Shown: one piece after another, positions 27,381 through 37,163 of the stretch
How the letters are laid out: each line of letters begins with the position of its first letter
Position numbering within the stretch: position 1 is the first letter of the stretch
Assembly (NCBI GenBank): GCA_963794765.1
Contig: CAWCGC010000028.1
Coordinates: 236,754 to 300,753, forward strand
Source of the DNA: Bryobacteraceae bacterium
GTDB lineage: Bacteria > Acidobacteriota > Terriglobia > Bryobacterales > Bryobacteraceae
DNA length: 64,000 nucleotides
Direction of reading: 5' to 3'
Translations under genes and position numbers: made by a program
The notes under the pieces: model-generated
The model's input: only the letters and a program-made list of their open reading frames with translations
The model's database searches: none
Told to the model about the DNA's origin: nothing

Positions 27381-28750
27381 TTCTGTCTCGCCTTTTCATC
27401 GAGCGCCGCGATAATGTCGTTCAGCCAGCTTACATCTTCGCCGCGTTGCGTCCGGTACTCACGGATGAGACTGAGATTGCGTGATGTGGTCTCGGGCATC
27501 CACTTCTCTTTTGCCTTCGCCAGTGCGCAATCGAGGTTATGGTCCGCGAGCTGGAGCTTGTTACCGAGGACGGCGAGTTCCAGCATAGTTGCGTAGTCCC
27601 AGTAGTCGGGCTCTTTTGCGCGTAAGCGCTGCTCTATCGCGAAGGAGACTACCGGTACGAGTCTGTCTCGCGTTTCTTTGTCTCCCTGAACATCGAGCAA
27701 GGTCACTGCATTGATGCCGGGATAAGTGTCGCGAAGATCAGCTTCGAAACCTCTCATATAGGCGTCAATGCTGTCCTTCAGGTGGCCACGCGCTTCTCTG
27801 GGGCTGGCGTTTCTGGCCGCGTCCCAGAGGTCCTTGTAGATACGTCCGATCAGGCCGCTTGTTTCCGGGTTCGGTCCTTTCTGGTTCTCTACGGTTTTGA
27901 GGATCTCAAGAGCTCGTTCGCGATCATTGCCGGATGCGCGGCGATTGAGTGCGAATGCGAGCTGCTCGCGAACCATGATCTGGTTCTGCAGCAGTTTCGG
28001 CATTTTGTCGTAAAGCTCAATCATGCTGGTCCAGGCAGATTGTGCCCGGTAGGCCAACATGAGATCGATGACGACATCGACTTCGTGCCGGTCGAGATCT
28101 CCGAGTTCGGACTCTATTGTCCTGAGTTGTGCGAGGGCATCGTCCTTGCCCATCTTGCGAGCCCGGTCCATTCGGCTCTTCCACTCCTGGTTTTTCATCA
28201 CCTGTTCGTGAAAGACATCCGTCTTCATGTGACTAAGGTCGGCCGCCTGCCAGCCCGGGAGGAGCTGGAAAACGGGACTGTCCGACTCGGCTTCGCGCTG
28301 CGCAACATCGCGCAAACCTGTCAGGCGTTGCTTGAGTGCCGTTTGGAGAGCTGATGCTTCGCTGTCGCCAAATTGGTTGTTGTCGCCGAGGTCGTAGCCG
28401 AGCGCACGGAGATAGTTCACGTCGAACGGAATCGGCTGGTGCTTTGCAAAGATTGGCTGTGTGGTTCGGGGGCGTGCTGTGTGACGGACACCGAGTTCGT
28501 AGAAGACGTTCGCGTTGGCGGTCGTGAGGTCGGCGATCGCGTACTCGCACAGCAGTAGTCTTTCGAACATTGGTTTATGGATGATGCCGCCCGTTTTCTC
28601 CTCGTCGGCTCGGACAGGAACCATGCCTGCGTCCTCTACGGCCGGCCGGATGCCGAGTTCATAGACTCGGTTGAAGTCGATTGGTGGACGTCCGGTCGGG
28701 TCGGGCTTGGTGCCGAAGGGCATCAGAACGAAGCACAGTGGCTTGACCAT
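27377..28750 (-). CDS. TIR / nucleoside-2-deoxyribosyltransferase-like Rossmannoid N-domain + helical-repeat domain (DUF4071 / 'TRAFs-binding', ASK1-N-like) protein
   Basis: The N-terminus 'CFVLMPFGTKPD...IHKPMFERLLLCEYAIADLTTANANVFYELGVRH' has the MPF...NVxYELG pattern. About 300 aa of all-helical C-terminal sequence follow. Its stop overlaps the bcp stop in a shared TTAA. Confidence 0.55.
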   Translation of the reverse strand: MVKPLCFVLMPFGTKPDPTGRPPIDFNRVYELGIRPAVEDAGMVPVRADEEKTGGIIHKPMFERLLLCEYAIADLTTANANVFYELGVRHTARPRTTQPIFAKHQPIPFDVNYLRALGYDLGDNNQFGDSEASALQTALKQRLTGLRDVAQREAESDSPVFQLLPGWQAADLSHMKTDVFHEQVMKNQEWKSRMDRARKMGKDDALAQLRTIESELGDLDRHEVDVVIDLMLAYRAQSAWTSMIELYDKMPKLLQNQIMVREQLAFALNRRASGNDRERALEILKTVENQKGPNPETSGLIGRIYKDLWDAARNASPREARGHLKDSIDAYMRGFEADLRDTYPGINAVTLLDVQGDKETRDRLVPVVSFAIEQRLRAKEPDYWDYATMLELAVLGNKLQLADHNLDCALAKAKEKWMPETTSRNLSLIREYRTQRGEDVSWLNDIIAALDEKARQN

Positions 28751-28856
28751 CAACCCAGACTACCTTACCTGCTCGGCTATTGAATTGGTTTTTGGAGGTG
28801 GCTGCATGAGTCGTCGCGTTCGCTGCAAGAGCGTACGATGATGATGAAGGGAATGT

Positions 28857-29438
28857 ATGAGCAGCGTGCTAACTGCCCTGACTACATATGAAGAGTTCGC
28901 CCGGTTACCCGATCCTGCAGCTGGATACCGATACGAGCTCCACAATGGCGAGGTCGTGTTAGTGCCTCCTCCGAAGCCGCGCCACAAAATGGCACAGCTC
29001 AAGATTCTGAAGCTGCTCCGGTTCCTCGAAGATTTCGGCTATGAGATCAGCGAGGAATTTCCTTATAAACCAGCACCGCAGTTCCAATTCTGGTACGCAG
29101 ATGTGGCTGCGTATCCGAAAGATGTCGCGCGTCAAATGGCTGGCTGGGACGAATATAAATGCTACTCTCCGCAGGTAGTGATAGAGGTTCTCTCGCCATC
29201 GAACACCCGGCAGGAAGTGGACCGTCAGCGGCTGGCCTCCATGTCGAATGGAACCAGTGAGTTTTGGGTCGTCGACCTCGAGAACCATGTCGTGACGGTG
29301 AGACGCTCGCCGGCGTCCGTGATTATCACCCGGGGGAATGGATCGAAGTACTGCAGGTTGACGTTCCCGGACGACCGGCTGGTGCCGCGGCTGAGGTCGC
29401 AGCAATTTTCCGCTGAGCCGTTTCCTTCAGACGGGTGA
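28857..29438 (+). CDS. Uma2-family (DUF820) restriction-endonuclease-like protein
   Basis: 'YEEFARLPDPAAGYRYELHNGEVVLVPPP', 'YADVAAY' and 'PQVVIEVLSPSN...EFWVVD' are the characteristic PD-(D/E)xK-like Uma2 blocks. Confidence 0.8.
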   Translation: MSSVLTALTTYEEFARLPDPAAGYRYELHNGEVVLVPPPKPRHKMAQLKILKLLRFLEDFGYEISEEFPYKPAPQFQFWYADVAAYPKDVARQMAGWDEYKCYSPQVVIEVLSPSNTRQEVDRQRLASMSNGTSEFWVVDLENHVVTVRRSPASVIITRGNGSKYCRLTFPDDRLVPRLRSQQFSAEPFPSDG

Positions 29439-29461
29439 TGTTGCGCGTAAAATAATCCACG

Positions 29462-30952
29462 ATGCCTCTGGCCGTCGGCGAGAAGCTTGGCCGGTACGAG
29501 ATAGTTGCCCTGCTCGGGGCCGGAGGCATGGGTGAGGTCTATCTCGCTCGCGATACGCGACTGTCACGAGATGTAGCGATTAAGACCACACATGCGCGGT
29601 TCAGCGACCGGTTCGAAACGGAGGGACGCGCTATCGCGCAGCTGAACCACCGTAACGTCTGTACACTTTACGATGTCGGCCCCGATTACCTTGTCATGGA
29701 ACGTGTCGAGGGCGAGACTCTCGCGGCCCGGCTCGAGCGTGGCAGGCTCGACGCGAGCGAGGCGATCGACATTGCGCTCCAGATCGCTCATGGTCTGAAT
29801 GCCGCACATGAGCGAGGGGTGCTGCACCGGGACCTGAAGCCAGCGAACGTCATGATCACAGGCGCCGGCGAAGTGAAGATCATGGACTTTGGTCTCGCCA
29901 GGCTGGTGGGAATCGAGCCTGCGTTCGACGGCGAGACAGTGCCGATGACAGCTCCGGGCCAGGTGATCGGGACGCCCGAATACCTGGCGCCCGAGCAGAT
30001 TCGAGGCGAACTGACGGACGAGCGCACCGATATTTGGGCATTCGGCGTGACGCTGTACGAAATGCTGACGGGCAAGCGTCCATTCCGATCGACCCGGACG
30101 CGGTCGCTTTCCCGATCCATCCTGGAAGACGTTCCGTCAAGCCCGTCGGTGATACGACCGGACCTGCCCCCGTCCCTTGATGCTGTAGTCCGGAAGGCGA
30201 TCGGGAAAGAGCGTAGCGACAGATACCAGAACGCTCGTGAACTGATTCAAGACTTGCAAGAGTTGCGGTCGGAGCGGACGGCAGTGCGTCGTCCATGGGT
30301 TTGGGCCGTCGCGGCCGTGATCCTTATGGCCGCCGGCACGCTCTTGTGGCTCACGCTGCGAAGCCAGTCCCAAAGAGAGTTCGCGGGCAGCGTCCGGCCA
30401 AAGCTGGAGCAGATGACGGCGTTCTCGGATGCGGCGACCTGGCCTTCGATATCGCGCGACGGCAAGATGCTCGCCTTTATTCGAGGACCTGGAGTGTTCG
30501 TGTCCACCGGACAGGTGTATGTGAAGATGCTGCCCAATGGCGAGCCCATCGCCCTTACTCATGACGACGCGCGGAAACTCCAGACCGAATTCGCACCAGA
30601 CAGTTCGGTTGTGGCGTATACCGTCGTGAACTACCGAGGGTCGTGGGACACGTGGACGGTTCCGGTAGTAAGGGGCGCGCCGCGCCTGTGGCTCCCCAAT
30701 GCGAGCGGGTTGACGTGGCTCAGCACCGGGCAGGTTATTTTCTCGGAGATCAAGACCGGCGTTCACATGACTGTAGCCGCTGCTAACGACAACCGCACTA
30801 ATGAGCGCGATGTTTATGATCCGCCAACCGTGCGCGGCATGGCTCATTTGTCGCGCGTGTCGCCGGACCACCTATGGATTGCGCTGACGGAAATGGATGC
30901 ACTAGCTACTTTCCGGTGCAAAATAGCGCGATCTGAACCCTGCAAACGTTGA
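29462..30952 (+). CDS. Ser/Thr protein kinase + TM + PD40/TolB-type propeller, C-terminally truncated by IS insertion
   Basis: Hanks motifs 'GAGGMGEVY', 'HRDLKPANVM', 'DFGLAR' and 'GTPEYLAPE', then one TM helix, then PD40-like 'SRDGKMLAF'. The frame runs into the IS left end at 30903 and stops inside it. No continuation lies downstream of the IS elements. Confidence 0.75.
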   Translation: MPLAVGEKLGRYEIVALLGAGGMGEVYLARDTRLSRDVAIKTTHARFSDRFETEGRAIAQLNHRNVCTLYDVGPDYLVMERVEGETLAARLERGRLDASEAIDIALQIAHGLNAAHERGVLHRDLKPANVMITGAGEVKIMDFGLARLVGIEPAFDGETVPMTAPGQVIGTPEYLAPEQIRGELTDERTDIWAFGVTLYEMLTGKRPFRSTRTRSLSRSILEDVPSSPSVIRPDLPPSLDAVVRKAIGKERSDRYQNARELIQDLQELRSERTAVRRPWVWAVAAVILMAAGTLLWLTLRSQSQREFAGSVRPKLEQMTAFSDAATWPSISRDGKMLAFIRGPGVFVSTGQVYVKMLPNGEPIALTHDDARKLQTEFAPDSSVVAYTVVNYRGSWDTWTVPVVRGAPRLWLPNASGLTWLSTGQVIFSEIKTGVHMTVAAANDNRTNERDVYDPPTVRGMAHLSRVSPDHLWIALTEMDALATFRCKIARSEPCKR

Positions 30953-32556
30953 GTTGCGGTGAGGCAGACCGAAACAGAATAACCCTCGGATGTTTCAGAA
31001 CGCCATAACGACATGCGTTGCCTGCGACATGATCAGCCGAGTTTGTGGGAGAGCGTTCTCTCTGCTGAGGTGGACGATCTTTGGGAACCGTGGATGCGCG
31101 AAATCGACGAGATTCTCGGCGATGAAGCGCTGCTGAGCACGGTTTTCGAAGCGCAGGGGCGTCGGCATGCACAGAGCCACAGCCGAGGCCGACGCCAGAC
31201 GCCATCGGAGGTGGTGCTGCGAATGCTGATCCTGAAGCATGCGCGCAACTGGAGCTATCAGGTGTTGGTTCGCGAAGTGCGAGCCAATCTCGTCTACCGC
31301 AGTTTCTGTCGGATCGGCCTTGAGAAGGTTCCTGACGACAAGACGATGGTCCGGCTCGGGCAGGTAGTTGGTCCGGAGGTCATTGCCGAGTTGCATGCGC
31401 GCATCGTTGAACTGGCGAAGTTGAAACGGGTGACTCAGGGGAAGAAAATGCGGATCGACACAACAGTGGTCGAGACGAACATTCACTATCCCACCGACAG
31501 CAGCTTGTTGGGAGATGGTACGCGTGTGCTGACCCGCCTGATGAAGAAGGCAAAAGCAGGTAAGCGTGGAGGACTGCAAACGAAGGTTCGGGACCGAATG
31601 CGCAGCATTCGCAGGCGTGTAATTGAGATTGCTCTGTCAGCGCGACAGAAAGGTCCGCAAGGCGATGAACGGAAGAAGGCGGCGTATCGGCGCCTGCTGG
31701 CACTGACTCGAAAGGTCGCGGGCGATGCCAACCGGGTCCGGGACGAACTGAAGCGTAGTCGGGGTCGGATGAAAAAGGTCGCTGGGCAGTTGGACGAAAT
31801 GCTCAGCCGCGTCCGTCAGGTGATTGAGCAAACTGTTGCCCGAGTACTGCGGGGTCAGACACATCATCCAGGCAAACTCGTCAGCGTCTTCGAGCCAGAC
31901 ACCGAGATCATTCGGAAAGGGAAGGCGAACAAGCCTACCGAGTTCGGCAAGATGGTCGAAGTGCAGGAAGCTGACGGGCAAATCGTTGTCGATGTATGTG
32001 TACACGACAAGCGGCCGGCTGACAGCGATTTGCTGGTATCAGCGGTTGAGAAGTTCAGGGATCAGTTTGGACGTGTTCCCTCGTTGGTCGCTGCTGATTC
32101 AGCTTTCTACTCAGGCGCGAATGAAAAGGCGCTCACCGAACTCGGCGTTCGTCATGTCTCCATACCCAACCGGCAAACCCGGAGTGCTGCGCGAAAGGCC
32201 TTGCAGCGTTCGCGCTGGTTCCGGGAGGGACAACGTTGGCGAACTGGGTGCGAGGGCAGGATCAGTGTGCTTAAGCGTCGCCACGGACTGGATCGATGCC
32301 GCTATCGCACACTCGACGGCGTCAAGCGCTGGGTTGGCATGGGCGTCATCGCCAACAATCTGATCACCATGGGAACTACCCTCGCCACCAAGTGACGATG
32401 GGGGCCGCGGCCCGCGCCACTGGCGCGCAGCCCGCGGTCCTCCCGGGGACTCGCCTGCGACATTCCCGCGAACAAATGCCGTACAAACTGACCGAGAGCG
32501 CCTCGGTGTCCGCATCGTCTCAACCGCGAGGCCCATTTTGCACCGGAAAGTAGCTA
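30903..32556 (+). mobile_element. Intact IS element (IS4/IS5-superfamily DDE transposase), 1654 bp
   Basis: Perfect 22-bp terminal inverted repeats, TAGCTACTTTCCGGTGCAAAAT at 30903-30924 and its reverse complement at 32535-32556. One 460-aa transposase ORF lies inside. Confidence 0.8.
31013..32395 (+). CDS. DDE transposase (InsH-N/DUF772-like N-terminus + DDE_Tnp_1-like core)
   Basis: 'RMLILKHARNWSYQVLVREV', 'IDTTVVETNIHYPTDSSLL', 'VAADSAFYS' and 'EGRISVLKRRHGLDRCRYR...VIANNL' are IS4/IS5-type blocks. Confidence 0.85.
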   Translation: MRCLRHDQPSLWESVLSAEVDDLWEPWMREIDEILGDEALLSTVFEAQGRRHAQSHSRGRRQTPSEVVLRMLILKHARNWSYQVLVREVRANLVYRSFCRIGLEKVPDDKTMVRLGQVVGPEVIAELHARIVELAKLKRVTQGKKMRIDTTVVETNIHYPTDSSLLGDGTRVLTRLMKKAKAGKRGGLQTKVRDRMRSIRRRVIEIALSARQKGPQGDERKKAAYRRLLALTRKVAGDANRVRDELKRSRGRMKKVAGQLDEMLSRVRQVIEQTVARVLRGQTHHPGKLVSVFEPDTEIIRKGKANKPTEFGKMVEVQEADGQIVVDVCVHDKRPADSDLLVSAVEKFRDQFGRVPSLVAADSAFYSGANEKALTELGVRHVSIPNRQTRSAARKALQRSRWFREGQRWRTGCEGRISVLKRRHGLDRCRYRTLDGVKRWVGMGVIANNLITMGTTLATK

Positions 32557-32618
32557 CCAGGATGATGAAAAAGTAGGTCGCGGGTAACCATTTGGAACGT
32601 GGCATCGCCTGGGTTGGT

Positions 32619-33521
32619 ATGCGAGGGCAAGACAGACAACAGAGCGCGATGTTCAGTTACGTTTCACCGGAGGAACGGGTGCCGGCGCAACATCCACTGT
32701 GGCCGATCCGGGAGATGGTCGATGTCGCGCTGAAGTCACTTTCACCGGTGTTCGATCGGATGTATGCCACGTTCGGGCGACCGTCGATTGCGCCGGAGAA
32801 GCTACTGCGAGCGTTATTGGTTCAGGTGCTGTACACGGTTCGGAGCGAGCGGATGCTGATGGAGCAGTTGCAATACAACCTGCTGTTCCGGTGGTTCGTG
32901 GGCATGAACATGGACGAACCGGTGTGGGTGCCGACAGTGTTCAGCAAGAATCGGGACCGGCTTATGGAAGGCGACGTCGCCGAGAAGTTCTTCGCGCTGA
33001 TTCTGGATCAGGCCGCCGCTGCGGGATTGCTTTCCGGTGAGCACTTCAGCGTGGATGGAACCCTGATCGAAGCCTGGGCGAGCCAGAAAAGCTTTCAGCG
33101 GAAAGATAAACCGGAAGCGCCGCCACCGGACGATCCCGGTAACCCGACGGTGAACTTTCACGGAGAGATCCGGCGCAACGACACGCATGAATCGAAAACC
33201 GACCCGGACGCACGACTGGCACGCAAAAGCGGTGGCCATGAATCGAAGCTGGCATACTCCGGCAACGCCATGATTGAAAACCGCAACGGGTTGGTTGTGG
33301 ATACCGAACTGGTGCCGTGCAGCGGCAACGCGGAACGGGATGCGGCTCTGCTGATGGTTGAGTGCATTCCGGGCGCTGGCCGTGCAACGGTCGCGGGAGA
33401 TAAAGGATATGACACCCGAGACTTGGTGGCTACATTCCTTTGCTGGAAGATGCCTAAAAATCCACCGTGCGGTCTCTGGACACAGGAAGAGTTCTCAGAA
33501 ACGATGCGACAAGCCGCCTGA
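32619..33521 (+). pseudogene. IS5-family transposase, 3'-truncated remnant
   Basis: 'MRGQDRQQSAMFSYVSPEERVPAQHPLWPIR...GRPSIAPEKLLRALLVQVLYTVRSERMLMEQLQYNLLFRWFVGM...VDGTLIEAWAS...ENRNGLVVD...GDKGYDTRD' follows the common IS5-type transposase. After about 33440 the expected C-terminal third is missing and is replaced by unrelated sequence. Confidence 0.7.
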
Positions 33522-33719
33522 AAAGGCGCTGCAGCCAGGATTGTCTTCCCCACACTTGCCACACAGTAAACGCCAATCGCCAGAGAATTCGGTGCTATGA
33601 GCTCGAAGCGCCAACAGGGTTCCTGTTCTCCTGATGCCAGAATGTTCAGGTGTTCGCCAAAGTCCTTTGGAAAGGTTGTGATATAGTCACCGCCGATACC
33701 CGAATTTCAGGAGCAATTT

Positions 33720-36700
33720 GTGTCTGTTGCGAATATCCGTCTGCTTTTTTGTGCTGCTGTGTTGCCAATTATCGCTTTTGCGCAAGTGAACGGCTCGATT
33801 AACGGAATAGTGACGGATGCCAGCCAGGCTGCTATTCCCGGGGTAACTCTCGTTCTGCGGAATACACAAACTGGAGAGACTCGCCAGGCGGCGAGCAGCG
33901 AGGAAGGCTTTTTCAACTTCATTGATCTTGCGCGCGGCGAATATGAAATGCGCGTTACGGCGCAGGGCTTTCGGGAACTGCAGCTTGGGCCGCTGGTGCT
34001 TACGGTCGGTCAGCAGATGACGGTGCGTCCCAGGCTGGAAGTCGGCAATGTGTCAGAGAGCATCGAGGTTCAGGGTACGCCACCACCTGTAGTTACATCG
34101 AGCAGTTCGGTTTCGCAGCTGGTAGACACGAAGCGTATTGAGCAACTGCCGCTGAATGGACGCAATGCTCTCCAACTGGTGGCACTGCTGCCGGGTGTAG
34201 TTAACGCGGGGACAGGCGGTCAGTTTGGTGCCACGCAATCGACCTTCAGCACGTCCGGCGGGCGCAATATCGACATGAATTTTACGCTCGACGGCGGCTA
34301 CAACATGAATTCGTTCTACTCGATCGCAAACGAGTATCCGAATCCGGACGCGCTGCAGGAGTTTACTACAACGACGCGCAACTATTCGGCGACTTTCGGG
34401 CGCGGCACATCATCGGTCTCCGCGGTCACCCGCTCTGGGACGAACGAATTCCACGGATCAGCGTTTGAGTTTATCCGAAATACGGTGATGGACTCCCGAT
34501 ACTTCTTCTCTGCCCGGCGTGCGGACTTTAAGAGGAACCAGTATGGCGGTACCCTCGGTGGGCCGATCGTGAAGAACAAGCTGTTCTTCTTTGTCGGCTT
34601 CCAGGGAACGAAGGTTCGCGGTACGCCGAGTGACACGCGCTACCGCACACTGAGCGATGCCGAACGAATGGGTAACTTTTCCGGCCAGACGACCGTGATT
34701 CGCGACCCGGACAACCCTGGCGCGGTATTTCCCAACAACCAGATTCCGGCATCACGCATCCAGCCGTTTGCGGTCAACTTTCTGAATAACTATCTTCCCC
34801 GTGCCAACGACAGCGGCAACTTCTACAGCTTTGCGCCGCAGGGCAGCCGGCTCGATCAGAACCAGTGGATCGGCCGTTTCGATTACACGCCGGGCGACAA
34901 GGACAAGATCAACTTCCGCGTGTTCTACAACGATGTGCCGCAAAAGCAGCAATGCTCCAGCATAGCGGCGGACTGGCTGTGCGATCTGCCTACCCGCTTC
35001 CAGAACTACACGCTGGGCGAGGATCACATCTTCTCGCCGTCACTGATCAATTCGTTCCGCGTCAGCTATGTCCGGAGCGCATTTGGACTGATATCGGAGC
35101 GAGACTTTTCGCTGACCGGGCTGGGCCTGCCCATCAGCATCGCGAACATCAACACCGGTTTTGGCCTGACGCCACAATCGACTCTGGGAATTTCCGGCTT
35201 CTTCACAGCGGATACCGGCGCACCCACGCGCGACATTATGCCGACGACTCACATTAACAACACACTGCTGTGGAATAACGGGCGGCATACGCTGAGCTTC
35301 GGCGTTGAATATTACCGAAACAGAGTGAATGAACTGCAGAACTGGCAATCGGGCGGAAATATATCCTTTACCGGAGCACAGAGCGGCAATGCCGCTGCTG
35401 ACTTTTTACTGGGGAAGTTCAACACTTACCGTCAGGTAACAGGCCTGACATCGCGTGTACGGCAGAACCTGCCGGCGGTCTTTGTTCATGATGATTTCCG
35501 TTTAAACCGACGGCTGACGATCAACATGGGCGTCCGATGGGAACCCTATAACGGATACATTTCCGAAGACGGGCAGATGATGTTATTCGCTCCAGGCCAG
35601 CAATCCGCACTATTTCCCAAGGCACCCGCAGGACTGCTGTTTGCCAATGATCCTGGTGTTCCGCCGAGCGTGGTGGGCAGCCGGTGGAACAACATTGCAC
35701 CCCGACTTGGTCTTGCCTGGGATGTTTTCGGAGATGGCAGGACGTCGATTCGCGCGGGCGCAGGTAAGTTTTTTGTACCTATGACTCGAGGTATCAGCCT
35801 GAACCGGTTCACGCTGATCCAGCCGTTCACCACAGACATTACGGTGGTAAGCGGCGATGCGTACAACATTTTCGGCAATGCACCTTTCAACGGAGTGAGC
35901 CCGTTTCCGCGCCCTCTCGGGTCAAACCTTAAGACTGCGGATTTTGTGCCGACAGCGAACGAGACAACGTGGAGCCTGCCATTCAAGACGCAGGTGGATT
36001 ATCAGTGGAGCGTTTCGCTGCAACAGGCATTAAAAGGAAACACCGCGCTGGAGCTGAACTATATCGGCAGCAGTTCGTCGAATTTGTTCTCGACCGTGGA
36101 ATCAAACTTCGCACGGTACATTCCCGGCCAGTCGGCGATTGCGAACACACAAGCGCGCCGATTGTATCCGCAGTTCGGGCAGGTTAACAATACGCTGAGC
36201 GCGTTCAGCTCCAACTACAACGCGATGCAGGTCGTCGTGAACCGGCGCTACGCGAAAGGATTCAGCGTCCTGGGTTCGTATACGTGGTCGAAGGCGCTGG
36301 GCGTGAACGTAGCCACGGGCGAGGGAAGCAATGGTCCGCGCAATCCATATAACTACCAGGCGGATTACGGACCGCTGAGCCTGGACCGAACTCACAACTT
36401 TATTGTTTCGGCGCTGTGGGATGTGCCGCTGGGCGGAGCGGGTGCTCCGCGATGGCAGAGGTACACGGTCGGAGGCTGGCAGCTGAGCGGCATCGCGAAT
36501 ATGGTTAGCGGTGCTCCGCTGACAATACGTGCGGGCCGCGACAATTCGTTGAGCGCGATTGGTGGCGATACGGCGGACGCGGTGGGCGACTGGCGTTTGC
36601 CGGACGGACGCAGCAGGCAGGATCAGATGAATGCGTGGTTCAATACTTCAGCCTTTGTGCCGAATGCTCCGGGGACATTTGGAAATACCGGGATTGGGTT

Positions 36701-36920
36701 CATGCGTGGGCCCGGTCTGTGGAACACTGACCTTGCGATACAGCGGCAGTTCCGTGTACGCGAGCGCCAGAGACTGGAACTGCGCGGGTCGTTCTACAAC
36801 CTGTTCAATCACGCCAATCTCAACAATCCGGATACGACTCAGCTGAATACTACGTTCGGAAAAATCACTGCAGTGAGTGCTCCGCGGGTGATCGAACTCG
36901 GACTTCGATTTGCGTTCTGA
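33720..36920 (+). CDS. TonB-dependent receptor with N-terminal carboxypeptidase-regulatory-like domain
   Basis: GTG start and signal peptide. The CarboxypepD_reg segment is 'INGIVTDASQAAIPGVTLVLRNTQTGETRQAASSEEGFFNFIDLARGEYEMRV' and the plug has 'IEQLPLNGRNALQL'. A 1066-aa barrel ends with the aromatic terminus '...ELGLRFAF'. Confidence 0.85.
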   Translation: MSVANIRLLFCAAVLPIIAFAQVNGSINGIVTDASQAAIPGVTLVLRNTQTGETRQAASSEEGFFNFIDLARGEYEMRVTAQGFRELQLGPLVLTVGQQMTVRPRLEVGNVSESIEVQGTPPPVVTSSSSVSQLVDTKRIEQLPLNGRNALQLVALLPGVVNAGTGGQFGATQSTFSTSGGRNIDMNFTLDGGYNMNSFYSIANEYPNPDALQEFTTTTRNYSATFGRGTSSVSAVTRSGTNEFHGSAFEFIRNTVMDSRYFFSARRADFKRNQYGGTLGGPIVKNKLFFFVGFQGTKVRGTPSDTRYRTLSDAERMGNFSGQTTVIRDPDNPGAVFPNNQIPASRIQPFAVNFLNNYLPRANDSGNFYSFAPQGSRLDQNQWIGRFDYTPGDKDKINFRVFYNDVPQKQQCSSIAADWLCDLPTRFQNYTLGEDHIFSPSLINSFRVSYVRSAFGLISERDFSLTGLGLPISIANINTGFGLTPQSTLGISGFFTADTGAPTRDIMPTTHINNTLLWNNGRHTLSFGVEYYRNRVNELQNWQSGGNISFTGAQSGNAAADFLLGKFNTYRQVTGLTSRVRQNLPAVFVHDDFRLNRRLTINMGVRWEPYNGYISEDGQMMLFAPGQQSALFPKAPAGLLFANDPGVPPSVVGSRWNNIAPRLGLAWDVFGDGRTSIRAGAGKFFVPMTRGISLNRFTLIQPFTTDITVVSGDAYNIFGNAPFNGVSPFPRPLGSNLKTADFVPTANETTWSLPFKTQVDYQWSVSLQQALKGNTALELNYIGSSSSNLFSTVESNFARYIPGQSAIANTQARRLYPQFGQVNNTLSAFSSNYNAMQVVVNRRYAKGFSVLGSYTWSKALGVNVATGEGSNGPRNPYNYQADYGPLSLDRTHNFIVSALWDVPLGGAGAPRWQRYTVGGWQLSGIANMVSGAPLTIRAGRDNSLSAIGGDTADAVGDWRLPDGRSRQDQMNAWFNTSAFVPNAPGTFGNTGIGFMRGPGLWNTDLAIQRQFRVRERQRLELRGSFYNLFNHANLNNPDTTQLNTTFGKITAVSAPRVIELGLRFAF

Positions 36921-37163
36921 GCCAGCGAACAGCTAAGGCCCGCGGTGATGCTGTATTGATGGCGTTGTCTCAGCCGTGACTTCCAGGCAGCAGACCACAG
37001 CTGGATCCCTGATCGTTGGACGCGGCGACTTGAAAACTTGAAGTGTTGCAGCCGCAAGATCCTTCGCGGACAGCGGCGGCACCAGACCAATTCGTTCGAG
37101 CGGGCTGCGTCTGATCGAGTCTTTAACCCGCTCTCGCTTGCGGATCGAGTTGAAACAAGATGA

